Assembly (NCBI GenBank): GCA_964035545.1
Contig: OZ037768.1
Location: 16,041,875 to 16,105,874, forward strand
DNA: 64,000 nucleotides
Direction of reading: 5' to 3'
Source of the DNA: Bugula neritina
Taxonomy: Eukaryota > Animalia > Bryozoa
A model generated the notes under the pieces. It saw only the letters and a program-made list of their open reading frames with translations. It was not told the origin of the DNA and did no database searches. Each line of letters opens with the position of its first letter. Position 1 is the stretch's first letter. Shown piece after piece: positions 1-13,945 of the stretch. The translations under genes were made by a program, and so were the position numbers.

Positions 1-546
1 CCCTTAAATTTCCTTCACCACAGTCATTACTATTGAGTGCAATATTGTACATAATCACATAACCAGCAAAGCAAAAACTGACGAAACAAAGCTAAATTTG
101 CTAAAAATCATATCAATAGTAGTTTCTGTCAGTTAGAAACTCTACTGACCAAGTCACTGGGTTAATCTCACTATCAGCAGCAGACAGACATGTACAAAAT
201 GTTCTAATACACATTTTTTAGGCTTGCAACTTTGAAATTAAAGTCAAATTACAGACAAGTTAGTTCTGCAGATTTCAATAGCATGTAAACATAGAAATTA
301 GATTAAGCTTATACTAACACAGAAACAATTTGCAACAGAAAAATTACTAGAATTTAACTTTAGAAGGTTATAAGTAGTTGAATGCTGCGTTTGGAGGAAA
401 TGTTATAATCCGTTATGTAGCTTAGAAATTGTCTTCTCACACAAAATAAAACCATTTGAAGTTCACCTTCTTTATGAGCACAATAACCAAAAATAAAAGT
501 ATTTATATTGCGCAATACTGACTTGTATATGGTAAGAACAACTAAC

Positions 547-3500
547 GTGTTTAGCTTCACTGTCAACCTTTAGCTGCTCCAATCTTTCCTGAACATGTTC
601 CAAATCTCTAATGGTCTTCTCTTGAGACAAACAGGTTTTAGTTGATCGCTTTAACTCTGCGGTCAGCTCTTTTTCTCTGGCCTTAAAACAGAATTTGCTG
701 AAAGGGTATGTTGTCTAATACTCTACACTAGTTACAACTACACATATACTATGTACAACATCTCTTACAGTAGACTACCTAACTCACCTGCAACATCTCA
801 ACCTCCTCTGTCAACTTGTCACTCATGTCTTTTGACTCCAGAAACTTTTTCTTCAGCTTAGCAATGGCATCGTCACAGTTTCTTTTAACTAGTAACTGCT
901 CATTGGCTGCAAATAGTAACCCAACTATGTCCATAATGACAACACTTGGTTCATAATTAACGATAAGTTCAACGTATTTTCTTGTATCTACAGTATCTAC
1001 AGTGTAAAGAGTGTATACAGTGTAGAGAGTGTATACAGTGTAGAGAGTGTATACAGTGTAGAGAGTGTATACAGTGTAGAGAGTGTATACAGTGTAGAGA
1101 GTGTATACAGTGTATAGAGTGTATACAGTGTATAGAATGTATACAGTGTAGAGAGTGTATACAGTGTATATAATGTATACAGTGTAGCGAGTGTATACAG
1201 TGTATAGAATGTATACAGTGTAGAGAGTGTATACAGTGTATATAATGTATACAGTGCAGAGAATGTATACAGTGTAGAGAGTGTATACAGTGTAGAGAGT
1301 GTATACAGTGTAGAGAGTGTATACAGTGTAGAGAGTGTATACAGTGCAGCGAGTGTATACAGTGTAGCGAGTGTATACAGTGTAGAGAGTGTATACAGTG
1401 TAGAGAGTGTATACAGTGTAGAGAGTGTATACAGTGTATACAGTGTAGAGAGTGTATACAATATATAAAATATTTAGAGTGAAAAATTCTAAGCTCTTTT
1501 CAAAGTAGTAACCAGGACTTCCAGAAAATAGTCACTTTGACAACTTAGAAGATTCTACAAGATATGGCAGGAAACTAGCTGCAATAATCTTGGCCAATAT
1601 TTCAGCTCACCATGGTTACAGAGCCACTCGATAGACTAATAAATCCCTGCTTCACTACAGATAAAACTGGTGCACCAAAGTTTTGAATACCATTTTGTAT
1701 CAAAGTCAGCAGAAGTTTTTATTGTATATTTATGTATATTAACATACCAAGCCATTTTAAATATAATAAATATGATCTTACACTGTCTAACATTTCTAAC
1801 AGCTAAACTATGCAATATTACAATATATTATATAACAAGACTGATAATAGTACAAGTACTCACAGCTGGTTTCATGAGATTTGAGTTGCTGAGCAAGCTG
1901 ACACGCTGCCTCTTCTGCTTTAACTCTCCTCATTCTTTCCGTATCCAAATCCTTCATCAGTTGCTGATATCATAACAAAAGTTAAAAAGCAAACATTTTA
2001 ACTGGTTTCTGCCAATAACAATTTAGACCCATCATGTTTCCTTCAGACATTCTTGTTTAATAGGGAGATAGCGCATCATCATGCTAGTTGGATATTGCAC
2101 GTAATAATTTGTATATTTCTGAATCGCTAAGTAAATGTAGAATGAAGACAGCCCAGTTAAATCAGACCACTTATAAGTAGAATGAGGTAGTTATTAGGCA
2201 AATTTTCAACTGCTTGTAGCGAACAAATTGAACTGAACAGCAGTGTGAAGTTAACATTACATTGGCTTTTCTAGCCCAAGCTGACTAACCTGGTAGGTAG
2301 AATTCACAGCATCTCTACACATCATGTCAGAAAACCTGCGGGCACCTGCAGTTCCTGCCTTCACGCCTGCACTATTTTTAAAAGCAGCTTTATTCCTTGC
2401 AGGAACCTGTACGCAGCTACTACTATTACCATTGGTACCACCTGCAATATGAATAAAGTACTTAATATTCTAAGTTAATAATGCCCATCTATTTGCAGAC
2501 ACGTCTGTTTAAGTTAAGATGAATCTAACAAAGTATAGGTAGATTACCATCAGAGAGTCCAGCAGTATTTCTGCTTGCATTCTTCTTGAGTGACGATTGC
2601 TATAAGAAAGAAAAATTGAATAAACAATTCTCACTCAATTTCCTTTTTTAAGCGATTAAACAAACTTTAGATACTAAATATACGTAGCAAATTTATAATA
2701 TTAGATTTTAATGGTGATAAGCAGCTACAATATATGTCAGAGCATAATCATGTGCAGGATTTGTTTCACTTCCACCTTCCATTTTTAATACAAAACAACC
2801 TTTTGATTATTATTATTGCTATTTCTGCTGTTCTGAACCATTATTGTTGCAGCAACTTGTACAAGTTTTACAGATTCAAATAAATATCATAGAAACATTT
2901 TTTTAGCAATACTTGCACATTCTAAATTGTTTATAGCTACTCAGTTGTTGGAGAATGCTTATAAAACTAATAGTTTTATTGCATAAAGTTGAACTTAAAG
3001 TGTGTTGGTAAATATTTTTGATAAAAAATACTATCAAACTGTAATCTATAAGTTAAAATTTCAATAAACTTTTTAATATGATATTTATTGGAATCTTTAA
3101 ATAAACATTTTGTAAACTTAAAAATAATTACAATAACTTTGCCAAAGTTACTGAAGTCAATATGTGTTTTGTGAGACTATATGCATATATTAGGTCAATT
3201 TAAGTTTAAAAGAAAATTATCAAATTTTGAAAACTTCAAATTCAATAAAAACAGGAGTATTGTGAATTCACCCTTCTTCCCCACATTTATATGTTATAAG
3301 CGATTGTTTGCCAAATATATCATGTTATTATAATATTACAATACTCCGTCATTATACTGTTAGAAGCTAGCTGCATAGAAAGGTTTGTTATACTCCCCCA
3401 AACACATCCAGGTAAAAAATTTACTTTAGTTTTGCTACCATAGTCACAGCTAGTAGCTTCATATTAGTATTAGTCACTTTTACTAAATCAATTTACCAAT

Positions 3501-6500
3501 TTTTTAGGAGATTGCTTAGGAGATGATTTCTGCAGTTGCTCCAACTCCAACTCTGTTGATTCAATTTTCTTCATTAACAACTTTTTCTCAAGTATTTGCA
3601 GCTGTTGTTCCAAAGCATTTTTTTCCTGGGTAATCAACAGAAAATAGAAACAATGAGTATTGTATATTTTATCTGTTTAAAAAGAGAGGAGATAATAGGT
3701 AAAGGCAAAACATCAAAATAGTAGACATGACTTCTACATTTATACAAGATTTATACACATTTTTCCATGGAGAACTGAGAACAGAAAATGAAGTTTTTAG
3801 AGTCATGACAATTTCCTCGAGCTACTCTGGCAACATGGCTTATTGACTTCAGAGTAGCCTAACAGAAATGTTGACTGAAGGCCTTTCCTAAGTGGCCAAA
3901 GGATCTGAACTACCAGCCTAGCACATTGTATTCCATGACAGGGTGATACAAGTCCACAAGTTTATAGCAGTCTGACCATATGCATATACATAGTTACTTC
4001 TTCATGTCACAAAACTATGGTTGTAGTGTGACGAGTTCGAAAAGTCTGGTAGTCAGAAGTGTGTAGACAAGTAGCATGCAGCTTGCTAATCCAGTTGAGA
4101 GTAAATAGAGTTGTGAATATAAGTAGACTTTATTTCTCCAGCAAGATATGCACAAATCAACTTATGAAAATGAACTGACTTTTATAAGTAAAGCATCTGC
4201 TTTTATACTAAATTAATAAGTCTAGAAAATACTATTCCATTCCACACTGTGCATAACTCGTGTAGAATAGGCACTATTCATTAGCCAATAAAGAGTGATT
4301 AAAAATGTAAACAATTATTGCGCAATAATACTTGCATAGACTTGTGTGCCATACTAATTACAAGTGTAGGCTAAATAGCAAAAAAGATTGATATATATTA
4401 TAACAGTTTATAAAGTGGAATTTGTGACACTCCACCAGCACTAAATACCTCAACACAGCAGACTTATAGTACCTTTATATGCAGCTGGCAACATATGTAA
4501 ACCTGTAAATTGTTTTAAATACTGTATAGTTCTTACACGGATAACTAAAATTAGCAAGTAACTACCCTATTAATGTTATGAAGTCTTAACTGCTGCTCTG
4601 TACTTCTTTACTTTATTAGTGTAATGAATAATCTAAACTCACCCATATGCATTTTAAATAAGTAGTAATTTATTTGTATTTTATAATAGGATGCACCATC
4701 ATATTAATGATAAAATTGAAAATAGCTTTTCAGGTAATGATTAATTTGAAAATTCTGATGACTTACGAATATTTATTAAATTTGCATAATTACTAAAATA
4801 ATTTATACAAATAATGAATTTTTTACAAGACCTGCTAACATATTGAATATTCTGCAACAAAATAAAAATAACAAATGTTATTAATAATTTATTGTTTCTT
4901 GTATAAATGCTCTTTAAGTTGTAATTCTTTTTATGGCAATATTTATATCTTTAGTAACACAAATATTCATATATGAGAGCTGAGGGCAAAGTACAGGAAG
5001 AACTGAAAGTCAAGTAACAATATTCTTGCATCACTTTCATATTCCCTACTAGAGCACATGCAGCACTCATGACAATCTGCCTACTGCCTAAAATATACAA
5101 ATTAGAGAAAACCTACTTTTAATTCTACCTTGCACTAAACATAAGTAACTTACTCATAAGTCAATAACAAAGCCACCTACTTTATCCTGAAATGTAACAG
5201 GAAACTGATGTTGCATCTCCTCTTTAGCTGCACAGACTTGCTTAGAGTCGTCAACATTAATAGAACTGGCTGAGGGGGAAACGGATTTATTGTCCAGAGC
5301 CTTATGAAATCTGTCCAGCACGGCATCAATCCTAGGAGTGCTTACCACAGACAGCTTGGAGGTGGCAGGGGTGGCAGCAGACAAGTCAGCGGGTGAAGTT
5401 ACACTGCTGCTTGAAATTACTAAAAAGATTAACAAGAGACAGCGAGTCTAAATGCAGTCTAGTCAAAGGCTGCCCAAGATCTACAGTTCCAAATGACTAG
5501 AATATTACCTTCAGGTGAAGGCTTCTCAGTTGTCTTCAGGGATTTAAGTTGTTCTTGTAGAATTCTAGAATAATCTACAGCAGACAGATTTATTTTAAAA
5601 ATATTATTTTGCTAAACATTATGCACCTGCATAGAATCAAATTACTAAACAATATGAAGTGAACCCTTTTGCTAGTCAGTTTCCTCCAGACAAACCTCAG
5701 GCTTTACAAAATATTCTTTTGAAAACTTCTGCACAAGATACTAATATTTTTCTGCCACCTCATCAGCCAAGCTTGAATTTTATTGGCTGCCACGACTGCT
5801 CAGTGATTGGTCAACCACTTGGTTATGATAAATTTCTGCTTTTTTAGTAGTAATTATAATCAGTGCAATTGAATAAGTCTATCAAGGCACTTCACATATA
5901 GTCATATAGCTCTAAATCATCATCATAGCTGATATGACCCAGCATGATCAGCCTGAAGTACCTGAACTTTGTACAATTTCTCTCGTAGGAAAAATAATTT
6001 TATATATTTCATTATTTTATTCCAACTGAGAAGTTGTATATGCAGAAAGTAGCCAACTTGTCATGATTTGTCAAACTAAAACACCTTATTGACTATAATC
6101 CCTGTCAGACGATTCACAGTGAAATGTATAAATATTTTAGCAATAATAAACATTTTGCATTTACCTAGCAAGTGAGTAAAGTTTATACTTTAAAAACATA
6201 AAATAATATTTTCGATGTAAACTGAGTCTCCTTAACTCAAAGAAATTAAAATCATATCACACAAAAAATTAACTTATCAACTTTGAAAAGCCACTTAGCT
6301 CACTTGTGTTGGAGCATAGAGGATTAGATGCTGAAGGCCCATCTTCCAGGACTAAACATTCCAAGTGTAGACAACTTCTCAAACACAAAGCAATATGATT
6401 TACATCTGTCAGATTGTTGCCTTGCAGTTGAACTGTGTTTAGACTATTGTCACTTGGTAAAGATCTAAAGCCAGTCAGGCTTACAATCTGATTGTATGAT

Positions 6501-7752
6501 AGGTTGATGGATACCAAAGATCTAAAATGTACAGTATCAGTAGATTTGAGAATGTAAAATACTTGAGACTGAATAAGTAATCTACTACAAATCTCAAGTC
6601 ATACTTGAGGTGAGTGGATTAAATTAATCTGTAAAATGAATCATCAATAACTTTCTACAGAAAATTCTCTGATTTAAAATATGAGAGCCTTGCCTCAAAC
6701 CATGCTGGTAATATGGCTTGAAGTTGACACAGAAGCAACTTTGATCAGATGTTTTTATTGGCAATACTAATTGTCCCAATGAACTTTAATCCTTAGTCTA
6801 ACAGAGTTGTGTCATAATAAATGAGACTACCATGGGCTACTGTATTTAGACTGTACCAAGTAGACTTAGTAATATGGCTGTTAAAACTACTAGGGGCTTC
6901 AGTAGCCTGAACATACTTCTAAAACCTCACAATAAACTACCAAAGTAGGCTAGTTGTGATCTGAATGGCTTCCGTTTTCACATAAAACGCAAACGGTGTA
7001 CAGGAAAGAAAATTATCGATGAAATGTAATCTAAAATAAAATAAACTTTGAAATAATAAGACAGAAATAAGATAATACAAGGAATGTCAGTCTTGGAAAC
7101 TTAAGAGATTTAGAAACTTAACCTGAGAGATGTCAACCCTTCAACAATAGTGATGAAATTACAGGCTAGATTTAGCTGTTCCAAGTTTGTTAGAAACCTC
7201 AAGCCCTCAATTCTGCTGATTTGGTTTGAGGAGAGATCAAGATGTGTAAGCAGATGAAGTGATGACAAGTTTTCTATTCTAGAATATCACAATAACAGTC
7301 ACATGTTAACTTCAAGCAACGTATTCCGGAACTTGATATAAATATTGATATTACATAAGTTGATACAATTACTAAACATGTAACAGGGTGAAGAGGAAAA
7401 AAGGTGAGGTTACAAGTTAAAAAAACATTTCAAAAAACAACAGAATCAAAGAGATATCAAATACAGCTGCATTTCTGTAATGAAAAAATAATAAAAAGAC
7501 TACGATTTTTACAGAATTGAATGACTCAGCTTACTCTTTCTAAATAAATTTCGTAAAATCTTTAGTTGCACCATCACTACTCAGAACATATCAACAAGTT
7601 GTAATAGACACTATTCACCTTGGGATATAGTTGGCGTGTAAATTTAAGGATCGAAGCTTAGGTAAGTTGAGGTAGACATTGCTTAGTGATTCAACTCTGC
7701 AATCCGCAAGGAACAGTTCATCACTATTATCATTATCGCCAACACCAACCAT
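547..7752 (-). CDS. LRRCC1: Leucine-rich repeat and coiled-coil domain protein 1-like (centrosomal); 3' end lies beyond or is unresolved at the window start
   Basis: Manually spliced minus-strand exons with GT-AG boundaries and matching phases: 7752-7619, 7278-7123, 6521-6304, 5574-5509, 5419-5181, 3625-3497, 2599-2548, 2441-2290, 1963-1864, 906-788, 681-547 (last donor could be 568). N-terminal SDS22-type LRRs (LRSLNLHANYIPRIENL..LTHLDLSSNQISRIEGL..LNLACNFITIVEGL..INLSYNQI..NPLC) and a coiled coil (TYQQLMKDLDTERMRRVKAEEA) match my recollection of LRRCC1. An acceptor immediately precedes the ATG, implying an upstream UTR exon. Confidence 0.85.
983..1460. repeat. 18-bp minisatellite (GTGTATACAGTGTAGAGA)n built from 9-bp subunits, intronic in LRRCC1
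   Basis: Direct tandem array; it explains the spurious repetitive ORFs CIQCRE and YTLSTL. Confidence 0.95.
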
Positions 7753-10700
7753 ACTAAAATAAACATTAAATTTTCCTGACATGACTTATTCACTCCAACA
7801 TATTATTAACTGAACAACTGAATGTATTTTCTGTGTTGCAATATTTTTATATACAAATGCGTTGAACTTGTTTTTTGTGCTTGAATAAAAAACTCCACGT
7901 GCATGATATTTTTAAGAAACCTCAATTAAAATTTCTAAACTTGGTAACAAATGTATCGTACAAACAAGTCTAAGTGCTATGAGTTATGGGGCTTTAAAAA
8001 CATATATTTTTAGACACTACAGAAGTACACCAATATGTCCACACACAACTCGTTTTGTGTATTAAACTTTTGAGGTGGCTTAAGTTAAAAATGCTTAACT
8101 TCTGCAATATTGTTGTCATCACAGCACTGTCTGACTAAGCTATGTTTGTTTTCTTGTTTCAGTGAGATCTGCAACAGCGATGCCTAAATTACATTCTGTG
8201 TGTATATATAGGGACATCATTAAAAGTAAGAGTTAGATGTTCTTTATCTTTAGGCAGTTACCTTGATAGGAGCTAGAAAGTTTATGGTAGCCTGTTGAAA
8301 ATTATTTTTGACTGACTGAAAAGTATTGGTGAAAATGTGGTAAGTAGTAGTAGTAAGCAGTAGTGGAAAGTAGTGATATTGGTAATTATAATGATATATG
8401 TGAGGCTTATGGTGTTGAAGATGGGATTATTTTAGTCTTTGACAGACCTTTGCATAATTATAGTATAATTCTAAAAATTAAGCTATTTAGATTATGATTA
8501 CGATCTACAGTAAAGATATTTGATAATTACTGTATCCATATTGGTTCTCACAATACTCACTTTCATTCATACTGACATTAGCACTTATACTGATAGTCAT
8601 AGTATTAGTTGTGGGCTTGTGGCCATGTTAATAGTAACACTAAAATTACTATTATTAGTTGTAGACACACTCATGCATAGTCTGAGCAACATAGTAACTA
8701 CAGATCATGTGTGGCAGTTAAATAATCTTCTCATCGTTATAAATATGATTATTCTGCAATGTAACATGCCGGGCTACATCTCTACAGTTACTGCCTTATT
8801 TACCAATGCACAAGTTACCAAAACACCAAGGCTGAGCTGCAACTCAGTTACAGCTCAGCCAACCTCTTAGATACCCACACCTGACATAATTATAGCTAAA
8901 CTATAGTTTGGCAGTCAATTAGTAACAGTTTTTTTTATTATTACACTTAAAATTCAGTTGGTTTCACTCCTTCTTTGCTGTTATCATAAAGCTGCCTCAA
9001 ACTAAAGTTACACAGCAATCTTGCGAGTGACTGCATACCTGCAGTCTAGTCTGAGTGCAACCTTACGTGACCTGAGATAGTCAAACAGCTCACACTTACT
9101 ATTACTGGCAATAGTAGTTTTGAGACTTGTATACTTAGATAAAACTAAACAGGAATACTATTCATAATCACACTACTACTTCAGATTAGTTGCATTGCCA
9201 CTGTTGTACTTATTAGATTATTCAAGCACACCTACCTCAGTCTCAGTCACCCAATGCTCATACTGATACTAAATCTAATTCACTTTCAGCAATAATTACT
9301 ATTAGGTAATAAGCTTAAAAACTACATCAATTACTAGTCAGTAATTACTTGGAGCATAACTATACTTCTCCTTTATTTTTGGTAACAAAGATTTACATAC
9401 TCGTACTTATAGTCATTAGCAATCAAGTTTAATTATAATATCAATTACATTCAACTAAAAATAACAGAGTAAACTTATTTTAAAATAAATTTAGTTTAAA
9501 TTATATATGAAGACAAAATATAATTATACTATGGAAATTGATTAAATTTAATAATCAGATATTAAAAATAAATTACAATATTTACAATAATATTTTTATT
9601 AATTAATTCAAATTTTAATTTAAGTATTGATAATGATATCATAATTATTCATTATGAATATCATTACATCTAATAGTAATACATTTAATGATTTATAAAA
9701 CCACTACCAGTAATAATACTAATACTAATAGTAATAAAAAATTGTGATAATCAAGACAGTGACAACTGCGCCGTGAATGCATTTTCAAGAAAATTTATCA
9801 CTTCAAGTTCCACTTTAAGTTATTTATTTTCAGTATAACTTTAAGTTTACGCCTTACTCCTTAGCCCTTGCCCCTTACAGTTACTCTAAGGCTTAAACTA
9901 AAACTTAAACTAAAACTTTAAAGTAAAAGTTAGGGGGTAACGCTAACAGTAACACTGAGTGCATGCGTTAAAAATGAATACAAAAACCCATTAAATTGTG
10001 AGCAGCAGCTAGATTTAAATTAAAGTTGTTAAAGGTCCAATAATAACATATTAAAAACTCATTATCTTTGAAATCAACTCGATCTATGGCGTGAAACTGT
10101 GATTGCGTTCGACTGTTTACAAATAATTCAAAGTGCGCGCGAGGCAATACTAGAGTTACGTGAATTAAGAAGTTTAGCGTCAGTACCAACTTAACTTTAT
10201 TCTGTAACGATGAAGTGCTTATACGTTTCAATCGCTATTTTGTCCTCTGAATTGAATTCAATTTTAGCGAGCTACAATCCAACAAGCGTGAACGCCTATT
10301 TTCACGGGTCAAGTTATTTTACAAAAAACCGCATTATTTGTGCAAAGGGTCAAAGTTCAAAGCTGCAGAAAATAAGATTCTTAGGAAACAGATCGCCGAA
10401 CCTTGCGAGTTGTTGTTATGATTGGTTGAAGGGTAAAATAGGTACGCTCTGCTCCGTAAGTATGCTTTCAAAATACTTGAAACAGTTGTAATCATAAGAA
10501 TAAGCTTATTTTGCAAAAAACACAAAATTAAGCTCAAACATTGTTTTATAGAAAAATACCAAAAGCAAACTTGAACCCCAAAACCTACCAAGTGTTTAAA
10601 CAACAGGTTTCTTGTCAGCTTTACATCCTTTACTCCTACCAATATAATGTTGCAGCTGAAGCATTGATATACCAGCTAATAAAGGAATAATGACTTGATA

Positions 10701-11026
10701 AAGAGAAAAATTGTTTCAAGTAAATTTTTATGTTTACAAATTTACCATGTTTGAAAATCCTATAGAATGTCTTCACTAAAACTAAGAATGATCCTCAGAT
10801 AAAATGTTCACACATGAGCACACGCAAATTCTAATTTTAAAATTCTACCAGGACTTATGCAGGGCGAGGATAACTTTCAAAGCAGGTAAGGGCAATCTTT
10901 GATAATAGCTATTCGAGCTAACATGCTCTTGTTACATATTGTATAGAGCTTCTAAAAGAGACGGACTGCTTAGTGAGTGAGTGAGTGAAGAGAGCCGTTA
11001 AAATGGCTTAGAAGAAGCTTCTAGGT

Positions 11027-11664
11027 CAGTGGTTCCCAACCTGGGGGGAATTTGGATTTTGAGAAATTCACACACTTTGTTGAAGGGTGGGGGGGGGGCT
11101 TGAAGGTTTGGGTTTGGGGTTTGAGTTCTGGAAAATTCAACTTCAGTGTGCAATTTTTCCTACTTTGCTATTTGTGTCAATATTACCTGTGCCATTTTTA
11201 CATGTGCCATTTTTACCTAAAATCATTCTGGGTTTCAACAAGCAAAGTGTTCCCACACATAGCTGACAAAGCAGAGTTGTGGTGCCATTCAACACCACCT
11301 ATCTGTGTGAGGTATGATTCTCATCAATTCAAAGTGAAGAGATACTGCCTAAACCTGCAGAGTGACTTGAGATGGGCCTGGTCAAAAACAGAGCCAGGCT
11401 TATTAAGCAAGCTGGCACAAAAGCATCAACTGCAGCCTTAACATTAATAATTGAACTGATCTGTACTTTGTAACATAAAATAACTGTAATATAACTATTA
11501 TGATGATTATATTATATGCAAATATAATAGAACAGAATATATTGCATTGTGTCATATACTATCATTGTCAGTCACAAAACTTTTTCGTTTTTCAAAATTG
11601 GGGGGAAATTAATAGTCAATATTTATGAAAGGGGGAATAGTATGAAAAAAGTTGGGAACCACTG
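11027..11664 (+). mobile_element. Non-autonomous hAT (Charlie/Buster-type) deletion derivative with a transposase C-terminal remnant
   Basis: TIRs CAGTGGTTCCCAAC / GTTGGGAACCACTG; 8-bp TSD ttctaggt/ttataggt with central TA. The internal degenerate peptide FWVSTSKVFPHIADKA..PFNTTYLCEV*FS..SDLRWAWSKTEP..KHQLQP*H resembles the hAT dimerization-domain end of the ZBED5/FAM200/GTF2IRD2 family. Confidence 0.9.
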
Positions 11665-13524
11665 TTATAGGTAATAAATTCAGGAGAGACCATTAAAACA
11701 TATAGTAGATGTTTAAGCTGTTCAATATAATATATCTACATGCAACGATTTCTTTGTTATAATTTTATGAGCTTCCATATGTTCTACCACTTTTGCATAT
11801 TTTATGATATTAATATCTAATATTTTCCAAACACTTTATATGGTAAATTTATTCTCAAATATTTTTAGTTACATGTTGTTTCACTGAAATACCTTACTAT
11901 TTGGTAATTTTTTGATATGAAATTGGTGATTTGGGTAGTAATTATATATTATTTTGCTTATTTGCTCTATAGGTAGATAATTATTATATGTAAACACGTT
12001 TATTAATATTATTTGATACCCTACATATAAAAATATTCTCTAAATATATTAGCTACATTCTTCTGAAACATAAATTCTAGGCTGTATGTTTTTGATATGT
12101 ATGAAAACTTCATGCTTACCCACATTACAGTTATTTTCATAGAGGCAACTTTTGTGTGAAACCGGTTTGACACAGGGCTTGGATCAATCGCTCGACAAAT
12201 TTCGACCACTTAGATACACTTTCGACCACTTTGATACACTTTCAACCGATTCGACCCTATTTTAGACCGAGTTCTCGTTGACAAAATTATCAAGTCAATC
12301 ATGAATCAGAATTAGATCACCGTTGATCAATGTTATTACGCTTAGTAAATGTAATCAGTAATGCAAAATGCTGACCATAACAATAATAAACAATCAGTAA
12401 CTCTAAGTCATTATTTTTTATACTTTTGGAATTGCTTTGTATTTTACTTGAACAATCATAATGATAATTATAATATTAATGATAAGTATAATATTAATAA
12501 TAATAACATTAAGTTTATTATTTAATAAATCATTAAATGAAATGATTATCATTATCAATATGAATATCACTAGGAATTATTTGAATATTTTCATGAACTT
12601 TTGAATATGATATGATAATAATGATAATTCGTTTTAAATTATAATGAATATGACTAAGACAATGATTCACACAATGACTATGAATGATTGAATCAATGTA
12701 TTGAATTTAATATCATATTTATTATCATTATAACAATATTATTTATTTATAATAATAATATTAATAATAATAATTGATATGAATAATAATTAATATTTAT
12801 TTACTTATAGTTATACTCATAGTGATAGCTATGGTTATACTTATGCATTAACTTATGGTCTATTGGCATTACTATAGAGTTTGATTATCATAATCATTGT
12901 CATTGTGATTATTATGATGATAAACCTAGATTAAATAACATGAAGAATGTAGTATATGCACAAATGACAGTAATATGAAACATAACGATTAATAATATTA
13001 TTATTAATACAAAAAATATCATTACATTTAAATTGAAGTTACAACAGTGTAAATTATATCAAAAAAGAAACAGAAACTCAATATATAAAATAGCTACCTT
13101 GTGAATGTTTATACCTAGCGATGTTGTCTTACAGTTACTGTTCATTAATTATTTGTATCGCAAGTATTCACAATCTGCTTGTTGTATACAGAGAATTTTT
13201 TAGCATAGCCATGTATGATAGTAGGAATAGCTTAAAAGTTAAATGTATTCTATTATGCAGCAGGCTAGGCAGCCTAATATCTAGAAATACTGGATAAAAT
13301 AGCCTGCTAGCTGATCTCGAGCTGATCGTAAGCTGAGTCAATCTATTGGTTTTATGATTAGATCAATGTTATTAATATGAATTGCCATTGAACTGGCCAC
13401 ATAGACCCCGTCTAAGATGCAAGTCTAGTCTGCGTAGGCCTAGCCTAATGTAAAAGCTGTACTATGAATCGTACAACATATATTAGTGACATGTTGATCA
13501 GTCGAGAGAGATTTCAAAACTTCG

Positions 13525-13945
13525 CCCATCTTCTTTGTCTGACAATGATGTAACCTAGCAAGTGCCAGTGTTTGGAACTTGGATGCAGTCATCTATTTTC
13601 TATGGCTCCTTGTGTTCAAAGATGGTATTGAGTAGCCTATCACCAGGCTGTACTTTGAACATAGAGATATAAGTAACTCTTTATGTTTGTTGAACATTCA
13701 TGTTCCATGGCTGCCAAGTGCTTCCTTCAATTTCTCAGAGTCTGGACCTATCCTTGAGCTAAAATCACCAATCAATGTCTAGCTATCATCAGTTGTGGCA
13801 TAATTGATAGTATTTCTCAGATTGCTGTAGAACTGCTCTTTTACTTCTTCCGTATTAGTCATAGGAACATATATGCTAAGGAAGGTAATTTAAAACTCAT
13901 TTTGAAGAGCAAGTCTCATTCTTATGATTCGGTCATTCTCAGGAG
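13525..13945 (-). mobile_element. Degenerate RTE-type LINE, apurinic endonuclease domain remnant
   Basis: The minus strand reads NDRIIRMRL..ITFLSIYVP..EEVKEQFYSNL..LIGDFSSRIG..ALGSHG..NTIFEHK..HPSSKHWHLLGYIIVRQR with stops and frameshifts; these are typical RTE endonuclease motifs. Confidence 0.8.

Noticed and set aside
982-1461. Cys-rich (CIQCRE)n and (YTLSTL)n ORFs resembling metallothionein or ferredoxin repeats
   Set aside because: They are translations of an intronic 18-bp minisatellite, with no splice or start context.
8520-8870. Hydrophobic 116-aa ORF resembling a membrane protein
   Set aside because: It is a by-product of the 3/6-bp-phased low-complexity tract, is antisense within the LRRCC1 5' region, and has no recognisable domain.
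10370-12075. STAT-like TTC(N4)GAA sites (~10378, ~12058) upstream of SOCS
   Set aside because: Such short motifs are expected by chance in AT-rich DNA, and I did not see a clustered canonical TTC(N3)GAA array.
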